From Daphnia carinata (taxonomy: Eukaryota), in contig NC_081333.1 in NCBI RefSeq assembly GCF_022539665.2, positions 9,548,001-9,612,000 of the forward strand: 64,000 nucleotides of DNA, in the 5' to 3' direction. Position numbers and translations under genes: made by a program. Below the pieces are notes generated by a model. It worked only from the letters and a program-made list of their open reading frames with translations, was not told the origin of the DNA and ran no database searches. Positions 1-13,200 of the stretch are shown piece after piece. The first letter of the stretch is position 1; each line of letters starts with the position of its first letter.

Positions 1-1990
1 GCTCCTCGGCAACACTCTGAACCGCCAGCCAACAGTTTAGTGTCAATTTTATCTTGCGACATGTCTAAGAAAAAGGAACAAACAACACAGATCTCAAATT
101 TCGTTGATTCCAATTTTATTATTGACACCATGCAAAAATTGAATTAGAAAAACGTCCAAATAAAAAGACAATAAGAAACTAACACCAATAGCGCCAACAC
201 CTAAAAGAACTAGGAATTCATTGCCAAGAATTCTTTTCTCTCGCATTTCCTATTCTTTTTATTTTTTTTTTTTTTTTTTGTTTTTTTGCTCTCCGCACTA
301 TGCGGACATGGAGAATTACGTATACATGGTACAAAAGTAGTAGCAGCCGGCGGACGAGAGATAAACGATGCGAGAGACGTCTCTACCGATTGAAATTGCG
401 CAGAACGAGGAGAGATAGAGATGAATAGAACTGCGAAGAGAAAGCGGACAAAAGTCCCAACTCGTTTGGCTTTTTGTCTTGTGATGCGGCCCATGTGCTG
501 GCGTGTGTGTCGTTGCTGCGAGCCTTGACGACGTAACCAGCGGCAGAGATTCTATTTTCAGTTCTGGCCGTTTCCTACCTCGTATTCTCCCATTGCTATA
601 CGTAGTCCCGTTTACCTTGGTTGGTTTTTTACGGCCGCTTGATGGTCGTTTTTTTCTCTCTTCCATATTGTTAATTTGCGTCTCTACTGGCTGTACCCCA
701 AATGAAATGTGTTACACCCGATTGCACATGGCATCTCATTCGTTGCGTGTAGGGGGTCATTCATTTGAGCGACATGGACACAACACACACGGCACAGCTG
801 TAGATGCAAGCCGCAGCGGCTGTGAATCTTTCACAGTTGTACAGCCTTCCCAAAATAACATGCAAGATTGCAAATATATTCCCTGCTTCCTTTTTATTTC
901 TTTCATATGCTCCCCAATATTCGAATAGGGAATAAATTCAAACATCTATCGTCTGCTTTTAATCTTTTTTGATTGTGTTGCAAGATGTTGTTGCACGCGG
1001 TCGTTGTGTAGCTTAGCCGACGGACAGTAGAACCATTTGCCTGGTTTGTTTTCGCTTTGCTCCCAATTGCCCAACTTCTGTCCGTCCGCGCTGTTTAATA
1101 TTCTTCAATGCCCACTCACCGCCAACGCGTGTTGCGGCAGTCGCCTGTTGGGGATTTGGACAGAAATACAAACAAGAGTTGGACGGACGAGACTTTACGC
1201 GATTTTTTTACGGCAACGTAAACGTGAAAGGAAGAAAAAGTTTGCTAAAAGTGTTTTCGCGACCAAAGTCTTCTTCACATTACCCAACGTTCAATTCAAT
1301 ATTTCACCCAACGGAAAGTTGACAGGGCCTTAATGCATTTCATGTTCAAAAATAGCCTACACGTATTTCGTTAAATCCCATTAGGGCAATAGAAAATTCA
1401 GCATAGTCTCGTTATTGAGCTGATTGTACAGTTTCTTGTCCACTAAAATAAAAAACCCAACAACACAGCGTTGGCTCTCTAAACCGACGCTTACAACCGT
1501 TGACGTCGCTCTGGTAATGATGATGATTATGACTAGCAGTAACAATCGGATGGTGTGGTCGTAGTTGGTCTTACTTTGCGCGCTTATAAAATATAGCATC
1601 CCTCTTTTTATGTCCATGTGTCCATTGCGTCGCGATCCTGCGTGTCTCTCTGTTTCACTCCTTTTCCTGGGAGAAATGAAGAGGTGGGAGGAGTGTAAGG
1701 GCTCGTGTGTGTGTGTGTGCATATGCGATCAGTAACGGCGCTCGAGCCAGTCCCGGCGTTTACTCAGTCGGCGGCCGTCTTCCGTGACGTTCGCTCAGTT
1801 TTTAGCCGAGACCGTGCAATTTTTTTTGTTTGTGTTCCCCTTCTTTTGGTCACGAGTGTCCAGTGAAAGGGGAATAAAAAAAAGGCAGTACTCGGTTCTC
1901 TCTCTGTACCACTCTCTCCCTCTCCACTTTTTTTATTGTGCGTGTTTTTGTGTGTGCAGTCATTTCTCCGTCTGTCTGTCTCTTTTTTTT

Positions 1991-2012
1991 CTCTCTCTCT
2001 CTCTCTCTCTCT
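1991..2012. repeat. (CT)n microsatellite
   Basis: Perfect CT dinucleotide run; similar runs at ~23436-23454, ~30558-30577 and ~37207-37232. Confidence 0.85.
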
Positions 2013-2280
2013 CGCTCTCGTGTGCGAATACGTCGGGCAATTACTTAAGGGATGGTCGTGAAGAAAGAGATTACCAGCAGAGAAACTGAAAAGAGCGTAG
2101 AGAGGGGAAAAGAGAGAGGGAGATGGAAGAGGGGAAAATAGGAAAACGAGTGTTAACGGGTCTGATTCGTTATCGCTGCGGCAGAGCAAAGTGAAGCGCA
2201 TCTTTTTTTTTGCAGTTGTTTTCAAATGAGTTGACGCCAGTGTTAACCAGCTCAAAGTCGTTGCCCGCTGAGACGTTCTT

Positions 2281-2302
2281 GTGTGTGTGTGTGTGTGTGT
2301 GT
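2281..2302. repeat. (GT)n microsatellite
   Basis: Perfect run of 11 GT units. Confidence 0.85.
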
Positions 2303-5300
2303 GATGGATGTTTCGTATCGTCGGCGGAATTTTGCGGAGAAATGAGAGAATCATCACCGACAGTTCAGCCCACAACTTCACATTTTCGTCGTTGTCAGAC
2401 TTAAGATTCGTTTTTTTTTATACCGACGCCCGCTGCTGTCTGCTGTCGCACTTCATCAGTCACGCCAGCGCTTGGCTTCCGCCGCGTTTTGCATCACATT
2501 TTGATTTTCGTTTCATCAAAAGGAGATGCTAATGAGAAGCCGACGAGACGTCTGTGCGCAGCAATAAAACAATTTTTGTTTTAAACAAGATAGACGCAAC
2601 TCGCAAATAAAAGTAAAAAGCGGCAAGAGGAAGAACAAAGAAAGACTGGAAATTCTAATTCCGTTACGTCTGTAGGTGTTGTGAAATAAAAGTGCAGTTC
2701 GGCGCAGATCACCTCGTCATCAGCGTGAGTTTATACTGTGAAACATTTCGATTCGTTTGCATTTTTCTTACACAATGTCACTTTAACTGATGAAAAATAA
2801 CTACCGCCGTCGTAGAAAGGCGGCCAGAAATTCGGTGTGTGTTTTGTTTTGATTTGGCAAGGCGAAGGACTTGCCGTTAATTGCATTTCTCGACCAATGG
2901 CATACTGGCGGTTTACTTGATACGGTACCACAACAAGTTAAGCACAGCATCCTCAACAACTATCGCTATACATCAGTTCCTCTCTTGGCTCTGCTATTGC
3001 ACAAACAGGCGTGTATATGGTTCACGCGGGATTAGAAATGTGTGGGCGGAAGCAGCACAAGTGCAACGAGAGCCCACAAAGAGTGACGTATACGAAAAGC
3101 CGAACGTTAGATACGCTCCCAACTGCCCCGTGAATCTTGTATGCGTCCGTCCACCACTTTCTTTTATTCTCTATATCAGTTTTAGTCCCTCACTTTCTAG
3201 TCTCGCTACTGGACTATTTAACTTAATGAAGTCTTCGCACTCGCGCTGTAGAGGTACACCGTCTGAATAGTTAAACAGCCAGTGCGATGCAGTTTTCATG
3301 GCAAAGCAGCGACCGATGAGAAAAGTTGGTTTCAATAGACGCGAGCATAGAAGAGATGGGCGTCGGCAACAGATCACGTTTCCTATATTCCCTCGATGGA
3401 TAAGGATTTTTCAGTGCGATTGAATCAAAGGCAGAATTAAATACGTGTCCCGCATTACTATAGGATGTTCAGCAAGTAAAGCAGGCTAGATATGTACACG
3501 AAAAGACTTGCGGGATTGAAGAAAGAGAAACGGGTGTGAAGAGGGCCTGTACTGATACTGCGATAGTTTTGTTGTTGTCACCAGTCCCCCACCCTTTGAG
3601 GTTCATCTTACCTCTCATGTAGGCAGCGGCGGATAGTGCAGCGTGTGCGGATCACTACAGGGCGAAAAGATGTTTCAGACGCGAGAAAGGCTCCTTCGCT
3701 ACCGACCGCCACTGGCATATTGATTCCTCCAAGTCGACATGTCTCCCTGTCGACGTACCACGTTTTCCTTTCAGGAAAAAAAATTGCAAAAGCCTGTTCC
3801 ATCCCATTAAAAACAACCCCTCTCGCTTTCTCAATCTGTCTCTCTGACTGTCTGTCTGTACAGTCGATCTGTTACAGCTTCTCCGGACAGCTCTCTGCAA
3901 CCTTTTAGAAGCCTCTTTCGTGGATGCATGTATGTATATTATACGTTCAGGAGCTCTTTGTATATAGAAAAAACGGGTAACAACAAATATTTGTAGCAAT
4001 AGAGAGTCTGAGTTGCTTGAACAGTGAACTTTTACATCTATTGCCGGTTAAAGTGATTTAAAAACAATGAGAAAATAACAAAATAAAGGGGGGGGGGAAG
4101 AAACTTTAGCCTTTTGCCGTCCTAGTGTGATAAAAAGGCGTTGGCACGTGAACAATCGTTTCTATCTGTACTCTTTTTTTGGGCGGAATTAGCAGCCAAC
4201 AAGTTGAAGCAGAGACGTGAAGGAGATTTCACTCGCTATTCTTTGTTTTGTTTCTATTTTTTCTTCGACTGTGTCTGTGTTTTCTTTTTATTGTCTCTCC
4301 TTCCATGCCATTCTTTTTGCCTTTCAAATGATTGCCTGCCGTTCCACTTCGACGACTACGGTCGCCCAGGGAGACGGCAGGATAACGACATGGGGAATCA
4401 GTTTCTTCTTCTCCGTAGCTGACTCCATTGTCTTGTTTGTTTTTAGTTCGTTTTGTATTTGTCCTGTTTCTTATCTCCATGCTTGACGTAATGCTATTCC
4501 CCCCCCCAATTCGAGCTAAAGAAAGTTTAAAAAAAAGTCACACTTTGAAACATTTATACAGGGTACAGCTCTCATCGCAGTGGCGTGTAATTATTCTAAC
4601 TAGAAGACCATGACACTGAAAATTTGGTCTATTTTTTTCGTCCCGTCTTGTATTCCTCAACTTCTTGTAGTGTTGGGTCGTTGTGTGTGTGCAGCTGTTG
4701 TTGATCTTTTCTCCGTAACAGGAATAAACAAACGAGACAGAGAGAAAGAAAAATAATAGAATGGGGATTATATACTGTAAGGCCGTAGACGGACAGACTG
4801 CGGGATGTATGCCATCATTCAAGGACGGCAGAGACGAATTGCGACAGAATAAAACGACGAGAGAATATGCTCCGCAAACTGCGTAACGTTTGTGTCGTTT
4901 TCATTTGCGATTCCACGCAGCTGGCGAGACTGAAATCATCCACGTTGTTGTTTGCAGCTGTCGTCCTCGTCTTTCCCATATCTTTTTTTTTTCTTTCTTA
5001 TCCCACTTTTTCTCTCACTTGCGATGCTCGACAATGGCGAAGGAAGGAGCTAGACACCCAAGTGCGACTGCTGGAACGTGTCAGAGACAGCTTGATCGGG
5101 CGCGACAAGGTTAGCCAGAAAATCCCGTTCCATCATTCGTCTAGCTTTTACTATACACTGGCTGATAGTGCCGTTTCGTTAAAAAAACGCGAAACTATTC
5201 GTTAAAATATGGACTGCCACGAGTTTGAGATAATGCTTATGATGGACCGCTGTTTCCCTTCTATTTTCGTGCAAAAATTGTTTCATTTATTTTGTTGTCT

Positions 5301-8300
5301 TCTGGCTGTTCTTTTCACGTTCAACCGATTTTCATCCGGTACGATTGTACTTGAGCAATACTTTTCGTCCAGTTATTATTCTAAACTATTCCAAAGATTG
5401 TGTGTCATGGCTTCATGAGAAATAATAAACGTGGGATCCCCCCCCATTTTTCTCGTAGAAAAAAAAAACTGATTGAAAGAAAGAGCACTCGGCTCAATAA
5501 CAACGAAACACAAAAATGACAAGGGATGATGGAGCGTTTCCGCGAAATATTCCATAGCTAACTCTATCTTGGCATTATGTCCGCGTTGCTATCGTAATTT
5601 TTGGGGGACGCATATATGTTTGGTTTTTTTGCTTATTTTGCGGACAACGCCCGTCATTCAACATTTTTTCGGGCCAAATCTGGGCGTTGCCAGGGGTCCT
5701 ATTATAATGCTAGTTATTTCCTCAGAGCAAGGCGATGAGTTACGGAAGGAAGCAAAATAAGACGAGAAAAAAGAAAGAAAAGCGGAAAACGATGTCAAAA
5801 CCGCCTGTGGCATAGTCACATGTTTTTGTATGTATTTGCATACCAGAACCGAGCAAGCCTCGTCCACTTCTCTTCATCCGGCTCAAACCTGTTTTTACAA
5901 TTTTGCTTTCCAGCTTAAAGCACACACACACACTGTAAATCATTCTTAAGCCTATGCATAAGCTTCCTAAAATTTCTTTTTCTATTTAATAAGTCAACAA
6001 AATTGACCTGTCAAACGGTACTACAACGTCACAGCACTAATTGTGGGCCATATTCCCCATACAATCTTGCCTACGCGACCCATTCAGTAATGACGCTGTT
6101 CATAATGTGGATAGAATAACATGATTACGATTGGATCGTGACTCGCTTGGCCACCCGAGATGCAGTCCGCGGGAGTAACGTTTCTCTGCTAGCAATAGCT
6201 TCGTCAATCCTGGAACTATTGGATCATTCCTCTATTCCTTTGTTTGCTCTCCCAAGACTATAGTCCTCTGCTTTGTTTTTTCTCTTTTCCTCTTCCTTTT
6301 CCTCCTTCTAGAGTTTCTTATTGTTTGTGCCCTTCCTCCCAGTCGTGGGAGACATTATGGCGTTATAAGGAAACAAAGTAGCTTTTATACACACTAGGCC
6401 CCGTGCGCATCCAACTGCACATAGATCCTTCTCTGGCTATGGCACTGGACACACTCGTGGCAGCTCGCATACTACTACTCGAACCGATCCGTCGTAGCTC
6501 AGCTTCGATCGTTTCCAAATCCACTCAACGCTAGGGGCTGTATAGACGAGCTGCTTTTGTAGAAGGGAAGTAGGGAGTAAGGCGATGGTTGCGATTGATC
6601 GTTATCCATGTGTGGCGGGCTCGAAGCAGGTACAATATTAACCTGGGAACATGTTTTTTTAAGGATGCCAGGACAGGTTCTAAACTTTTCTCTTTCCCTC
6701 CACTTTTTTTTACCTTTTCCCATATTATTTTTTTGTTTTTTCTTTCTCCCTTGAGGGCAAAAAGTAAGTTTAGACTACGTGAATCATTGATTTTGTAGGC
6801 TGATTTATAATAGATGTCCTAGAGGTACAGGTTTCTTTTTTTGAACAACCTCCTAATTCCAAGAAAAAGTGAGAACGGGAGAACAGGTCGTTATTATTTT
6901 TTTTTTTTTGCTGCCACGTGACGGGAAAGATCTGTAGAACGTCCGGAAACCTGGGCAAATCAATGGCTCGCCTCAAGTTTTGGTCCGGTGCGCCTTATGC
7001 AGGCTGGGAATTGGTTTGCGGTCGGACTACTAAAATAAACTTTTTTTTATTGGAAAAAAAAGAAGAAGCGCTGCGCCCTGTTTGGATTACCTTTAGGCAT
7101 TCAAAATCATATTATATTTACAACAAAAATATTTTTTTTTAATCGAATTGGATAGACTGTAAATATAGCTGAAATCTGTATGGCTGGAAAGAAAAAGTTT
7201 CGGATTGGTAACCGAGTGTGTTGATTTATTGAATCTGAAAAGGAATGGCTCGCTTCTACTATCGGCTTATATACAACTCAGCAAAGTCTTTTAATTTCCC
7301 CTTTGACTTCCGCCATGCTGAAAAATAAACTCCACTTCGTGCCTAGCACCAACACATACACAGCAATCAACGAGTTCTTTCGTCGTTTTCGTCATAAAAA
7401 ACGGAAAGCCAGCATTCGAGTTTCATTTCAACGCATCAGCAAATTCTTTTACAAGGGAACCTGGTTCACGACGTGCACATTCTCTCGCTGGATCGTCATC
7501 AGTCAAATCCCAGTAACGAACGAATTGTTTCTAGCGAAAGAATTATGGCGTTATTCCCCTCTCGGTATCGCGGATTCGAGTTCGGCTATTTTCTCGCATT
7601 TTTCGACACTCTAGTTCTGTTTCTTCTGAGTCGCGATTGGCGACAATGCGGACATATATTGGTTAAGACAAACGACCACGGCAAATGGCTGATAAAACAA
7701 GAGTGATCGATTACCTGCCACAAGAAACCCCGAGGTGAAGCAAAGAATGATGTAAAAAGAAAGGGAAAAATTATTAGAAAAGAATGTCGTCCTCCGTTAC
7801 GTCCGACGTCGAACCGTTTGTTATGAAAGGAAAATAAAGAAAAAAAATAGAAAAAGAAAATCTTCACGCGATGACCCTCATTCTGTTCCTCATATTCTTC
7901 CGCCTCTTGGCCACATAATCGGACGGGGCTCTTGATGCCTCCGCCCAGGCCGCGTCCGTCTTCATTTTTTCTTCTCCGTTGCGCCTGTCCGTCGTCCCCT
8001 CTGCGCCCGTTTTCGCACTCGCGTTCCCCTCAATCCAGACATATATGCCATATATATACACTGTATGTAGACAACCTCCTTTTTGGCCTTCTTGCGTATT
8101 GATCTTCCTCTTTGTCCGCGTGTATGTATACCATATACTTGCGTGTGTTTACGTATGGCGTGTTGTGTTGACTGTATCTCTCTGCCGAGCTCCCGCACAT
8201 TTCAATCCAACCGAATACTCTTCATTTTCCCACTGACAGAATGTAAGACCAGCTAGACGTTAAACAACCAAGCAGCTCAACGATGAATTGTCATAGCGAT

Positions 8301-9284
8301 GCATTTACCCGAAAATGTGCCCAAAGTTGCTATGGCTCAATAAGCATTTCGCAAATTTCAGGGCACGTTAATTAACTCTAAAATGCGGACCAAATGATTA
8401 CAAGTTAACGGGGCTGGGCGCGAGAGACACAGAGAGCAACAGCGACCGACTTTTAATCCACTATCCATCTTCATTTCGCCTATGCTTTTGTTCGGCAAGG
8501 TTCGACGAGAGTCTGTAGACGGGGGTGCGCTGAGCTTGTTGAGGCTATACAGAATCTAAAAGGAAGGAACAATTATGTCCATTACCACACGGATTTGGAA
8601 GGCTTTTAAGCAAGCTGAAGGTAAAGCGCCCAGTATAGTCGAGCAGCGACTAGTAGAAATTGGATGCATCCTGCAACGGAGGGGAGCCCAACGGGACGGG
8701 GATTGTGGTCGATTATCGGGATTCGTCGGCCGCGTTTGGCTCCTCCCGTTTTCTTTCTTCTTACGTTATATTTCTTTCCTTTTCTACCACCTCTTGCTGA
8801 CGATGTAGTTCTCATCTGAAATCGATTGCTTTCCGTTTTTTCTTTTGTCAGCGACCTCCTTCTGCTGCTACGGAGAGCGCATCGACTCTATACGAACTCG
8901 ACTGTCGCAACCGATAATTATGACATTTTATTAACAAAATTGTGCCGGGTCAAAAGGAGGAAAGTAACACAATTGAAGACGAGAGGTACAGGGTCACAAG
9001 GTAAAAAGTTCCCCCAAGGCCTCTTTCAGAATAGATGATTATGGCCTGCCTAAAACTTTCCACATGGCCGGACCTTTCCGCCCGTGGGTTTTTTGGGATC
9101 CTTAGTCAGCACGAAGGTGGGTGGCTTGGTATGGTGGAGCCTCACTCACATGTTGAAAGAAAAAATGGCAAGATAGATGGAACTCTAAAAGTTTTGATGA
9201 ATCGATTGCGATGTTTTTCCCAGCTATTTCGTGTCTCTAAGTTGCCTGACAAAGCCGAAAGCTCCTGTTACGATAGCACCGTTT

Positions 9285-10259
9285 AGTAAAACCGTTTTAC
9301 TGTAAAAATGGAAAACGGGTGATAAAATAAATTTAAAATATTCAATTTTACGAATTGATTATTTAAGTTAAATAGGAAAAGTCGGGCTTATATAAAACCA
9401 TAAACTCTGCATTAAAAAAAAAAGTTCATTTTCGTGTTCCTTGTTAAATTTTGAATTTTATTCATATATAGCTATTTAGATTTAATGATATTATTTTTTT
9501 AATAGAAGAATAAATCAAAATTTTAAGCCCGGCAAAATAAGCCCGCCTTTTTTGTTTTTTAGGTTTAAATAAAGAACTATAAGTCCAGTTGAAAAATGAA
9601 CTCGATTTTCGGGATCATCAGTCAATTTCGCATCGAAATCATGTATTTTAAGCCAAATTTGAAATTTGGCCAAAAATGAAAAAGTGAGAAGGCTATACCC
9701 TTCTCACTTTTGTCAAAACCAGCCAAAAATCGAAATCTCTTGGAACTCGATAAAAACCACACGGCATAGCCAAAATTAAATGCTCATTTCGACTCAGCTA
9801 TTAGATTTCTCTTTAAACCCGGTTTTTTTCAAAATAAACTTAAAAAACGTGTTGTTTTGGCATCTTGCAACACACCAAACCGACTAGCGTACTAGCGCGC
9901 TAGTACGCTACAGCGCTAACATGACATCAAAGTTCTTACCAAACCATAAACTCTATGTAAAAACAAAATTCATTTTCGTGTTCCTTGTTAAATTTTGAAT
10001 GTAAATCATATATAGCTATTTAGATTTAATGATATTATTTTTCAAATAGAAAAATAAATAAAAATTTTGAGCCCGGCAAAATAAGCCCGACTTTTTTTTT
10101 TTTTTTTTTAGTTCTAAATCAAAAACGGTTGGGCAAATTGGAAATGATTTTCGTGTTCAGCATTTTATTTTGCATCGAAATCATGTATTTTAAGCCAAAT
10201 TTGAAATTTGGCCAGAACTGAAAATGTGGAAGGCTATACCCTTATCAGTTTTGTCAAAA
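9285..10259. mobile_element. AT-rich non-autonomous repeat element (MITE/Helitron-like, class unresolved) with internal ~320-bp direct duplication
   Basis: 9396-9718 and 9941-10259 are diverged direct copies (both start aaccataaactct..., share ttcattttcgtgttccttgttaaattttgaat, and end gaaggctataccctt..ca.ttttgtcaaaa). Palindromes at 9285-9301 and 9885-9910. Recurrent motif AAAATAAGCCCG, which also occurs at 24.6 kb and 63.9 kb. No transposase ORF. Confidence 0.65.
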
Positions 10260-13200
10260 TTATTATGTTATTTGTCTTGCCCTTCCCCCCCCCCCCTTCT
10301 GTCTAACTCACTTTTAAACGTTTTTCTTGTGTGTATACGAATCACGAAAATCTTGGCTGAACGGCGTGAAGAGATATTCAAACCTATGCCACATGCACGA
10401 AGCTCAAATTACTTAGGAAAATTGCAAAGGGAGAAGGTAATAATTTTTATACCATCTGAAAGACTTTGCTGTTCAGCTGCAATTTGTTGACAATGCACTG
10501 GCGCTTTATCACATTGCCTACTGCATGTATATAAGTATTGACACGCGCCGTGCAGCGATCGAACGTACAAAAACGCGTTTTCTTTGTTCTTCCAAAAACC
10601 GAGTTGACGCTGACGGCAATATCAACTCAAACACTCTCCCCCTTCCTTTCCTAAACCAACTTTCAAAAAATAAATAAATCCACGAAAAGTCAACAAATCA
10701 TTGATCGGCAATTTTAGCTCGAGTGTTCGGCTTCTGTGACGCACAACCAGCCCCATCTATAACTGATTTCAATCTGATTTTAAGAACTAGCATGCAGTGA
10801 GATCGAACAGAGTGTAGCATGAAAATTAAACATTTTTAGCGTATATAATTTAGTGGATACTTTTAGCATCGGATGGTAGAAGTCGGTAATTCCAATAGCA
10901 ACGATGTGAGCCAGTAATGCGTGCCATCAAAAGACCTAAAGACAAAAAAACGAAATATACCAAGTAATAATCCTTGCGAATAAACACAAGAGTGACCTTT
11001 GTTGAACCAAAACCGATCTTTGTTGATTCTCGTCTTTACTTTTTCAAGACGAAAAATAATGACGAATGACGGAAAGTCATTACGGCACTCATATTGAACG
11101 CATAACTGCAACGAAATCGATTATTTACGTGTACGAAGCTATAAGCTCCCGAATCATAAAAAAAGAACTACGTCCTTCCTTTGACTCTGTTTGAGCTACA
11201 TCGGCGAAAGAAAAGAAAAATACGTTAATTTCTTCTGAAACCTTGCATTCGCTTTCCCTATATAAAAAAAGAGAAAACAATTGAAAATAGAAGGAGGAAA
11301 CAAATTTGTTCGTTCGATAAAAGTATCGAAAAAGTCGGAAACGACTTTCATGGTAGATTGCATAAAAGTACAAAGAAACCACGGATTAAAGGCTTAGGAA
11401 AGGATCATTTTCTCTTTTGCCTCTTCCTCTTTTCTTCAAATCTATCCGTTATCCTTTTTTCTGTTTCTCTCTTTGTCGCCGGGAGAAAGGTGCAGCAAAC
11501 TAGTCACGCTACCTTGACTAAAGCCTCGAACGGAATGAGAACGTGAAAAAAATCGCTAAACAATTTATACCAATTTTTCTTTCTCGTGAACATTGAAGAT
11601 AAGCTTTTTTGTTGTTGTTTTTACCCATTCCTCATGCCTACACACGCCCTTATAGTTGCTGGACTACTTAACTATCTGCCTCTGTACGCCCATGGGGCCA
11701 AATGTCCGTGGTCGATATAACACGGACTGTGGGGGAGGTCAATATTGCAACGTCCGTTTACCTAGCCAGGCCTGGACACTGTAGGAGGTACCACTGCTAA
11801 CTGAAAACAATGTCCCTGTGTCAAAAGATATACGTTCCTACATTTTAAACGAGATTTCCTTTCTGTTTCGTTCCGAATTCAAAGCGGATGTTTGAACTGC
11901 CTTTAATACTTTTTTTTTCACTAATAACAAATCGATCGATGTTAGTGAATTCAAACAGAGAAGTTTGGCAGAGGTGGCCTTTTTGGGCCGTTCCCGGAAC
12001 AAAAGAGCCTCTACCTCTTTAGCGTGTTAGAGCCCAGTCTCTTCGCCGTAGGGACGTTATTGCGCAGGCGGCGGCAGTCTATCGCGAAAAGCAAGAGAAG
12101 GAGAGATAGATGAAATTGGTAGAATCTGTAAAAATAAAAATAAAAACAGCATAATAATAAGCACCCCCAACATCGTCAGACATGGTTAGGCGCGGACGGG
12201 CTCGGGTCTGTTTGTGTGCGTGCGTATGTGGTGGTATTATGTCAACTAAAAAGAATAAGAGACATTTGAAACGCAGCGGTGACAAATGACTATCCTTATA
12301 TCGTTCAAGATGCAGCAACACTTTTGAAAGGAAGGAAACGGCCAAATAGGCGCTTTTTAGAAGTCCAAACTGGCAAACTTGAAGGTCTGTGTTTTCCATT
12401 TTTCTTCATATTTCGTTCTATAAATCGCAACAATCGTTCCCTAATACGAATGAAAATAAAGAAGAAAACAGAAAAGGATGAACCTATTTTTCTTTTGTTG
12501 ACGTGCGCGTTTGACTTCCGCGTCTACTATCTCCCTTTTTTTGCGTGTGGCTTCCGAGTCTCACGCAGGAGGGAGGAGCTCCTCGTTCACCAAGCTCCCT
12601 ATATTTCATTTGGTTGTATATGTCGCATAGGGGATTTCTATTCTTCGACTATTTTTAAGTAGCGTGTTTGCGACGGGCTTCTTTCTCTACGCTCGACTGA
12701 CCAATGTAACATAGGCCATTGAACAGGCCGTCCACTTCGATCAAACAATGTGCCTCTTCTTATTTTATTTTATTTTTTTTTCTAGTGATTGTCACAAGCA
12801 CTTCACTGTTGGAATTTGTCTTATTTCATCGTTTGCCCTTCCTACCGATCTGTATTTGATGCCTGATGGGTGTTAAAGAGTGTTGCGAAAACGGGCAGAA
12901 TGTCTGCGAGGATTTTAGCAGTCTGCGTGAGTGAGCCATCTATCTCTCTCTGTCTCCATCACGTTTCTGCCTTCCTTCTCTCTATCCAGACATTTGTCGG
13001 CTCTCATGGGAAATTCAATTAATGGATCCCAGCGGTTCCATTAGAGTTACGCGAGTCCTGGCAAAAGTCGAACCGGTCAAAGGGTCGCGGATCACTCGAC
13101 ATGCACTAGCCCTGAAGAGCTCATTCGTGCGGGAGCGGAATCATTCGCTAGCCAGTTGCAGTGGACTCTTCGCACCCAGAGTTTTCGGCATCTGTCTTTC

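Larger units (their letters stand above)
1700..2724 (+). promoter_or_regulatory. Possible core promoter and non-coding first exon
   Basis: CpG-rich patch with arthropod Inr-like TCAGT at 1764 and 1796, nearby (GT)n and (CT)n tracts, and a donor-like c|gtgagt at 2725. It may be the 5' end of the gene whose CDS starts at 17548 (acceptor tttcag| at 17414). Inference only. Confidence 0.3.

Noticed and set aside
1764..2381. 205-aa minus-strand ORF
   Set aside because: Largely produced by (GT)n and (CT)n microsatellites (HTHTHT, RERERE).
6438..6460. tatggcactgg resembling the miR-183/miR-263 5' end
   Set aside because: The 3' half does not match and no complementary arm is nearby to form a precursor hairpin.
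9396..10259. Direct repeats considered as an LTR pair or CRISPR-like array
   Set aside because: No TG...CA ends, primer-binding site or internal ORF; only two long diverged copies; eukaryotic context.
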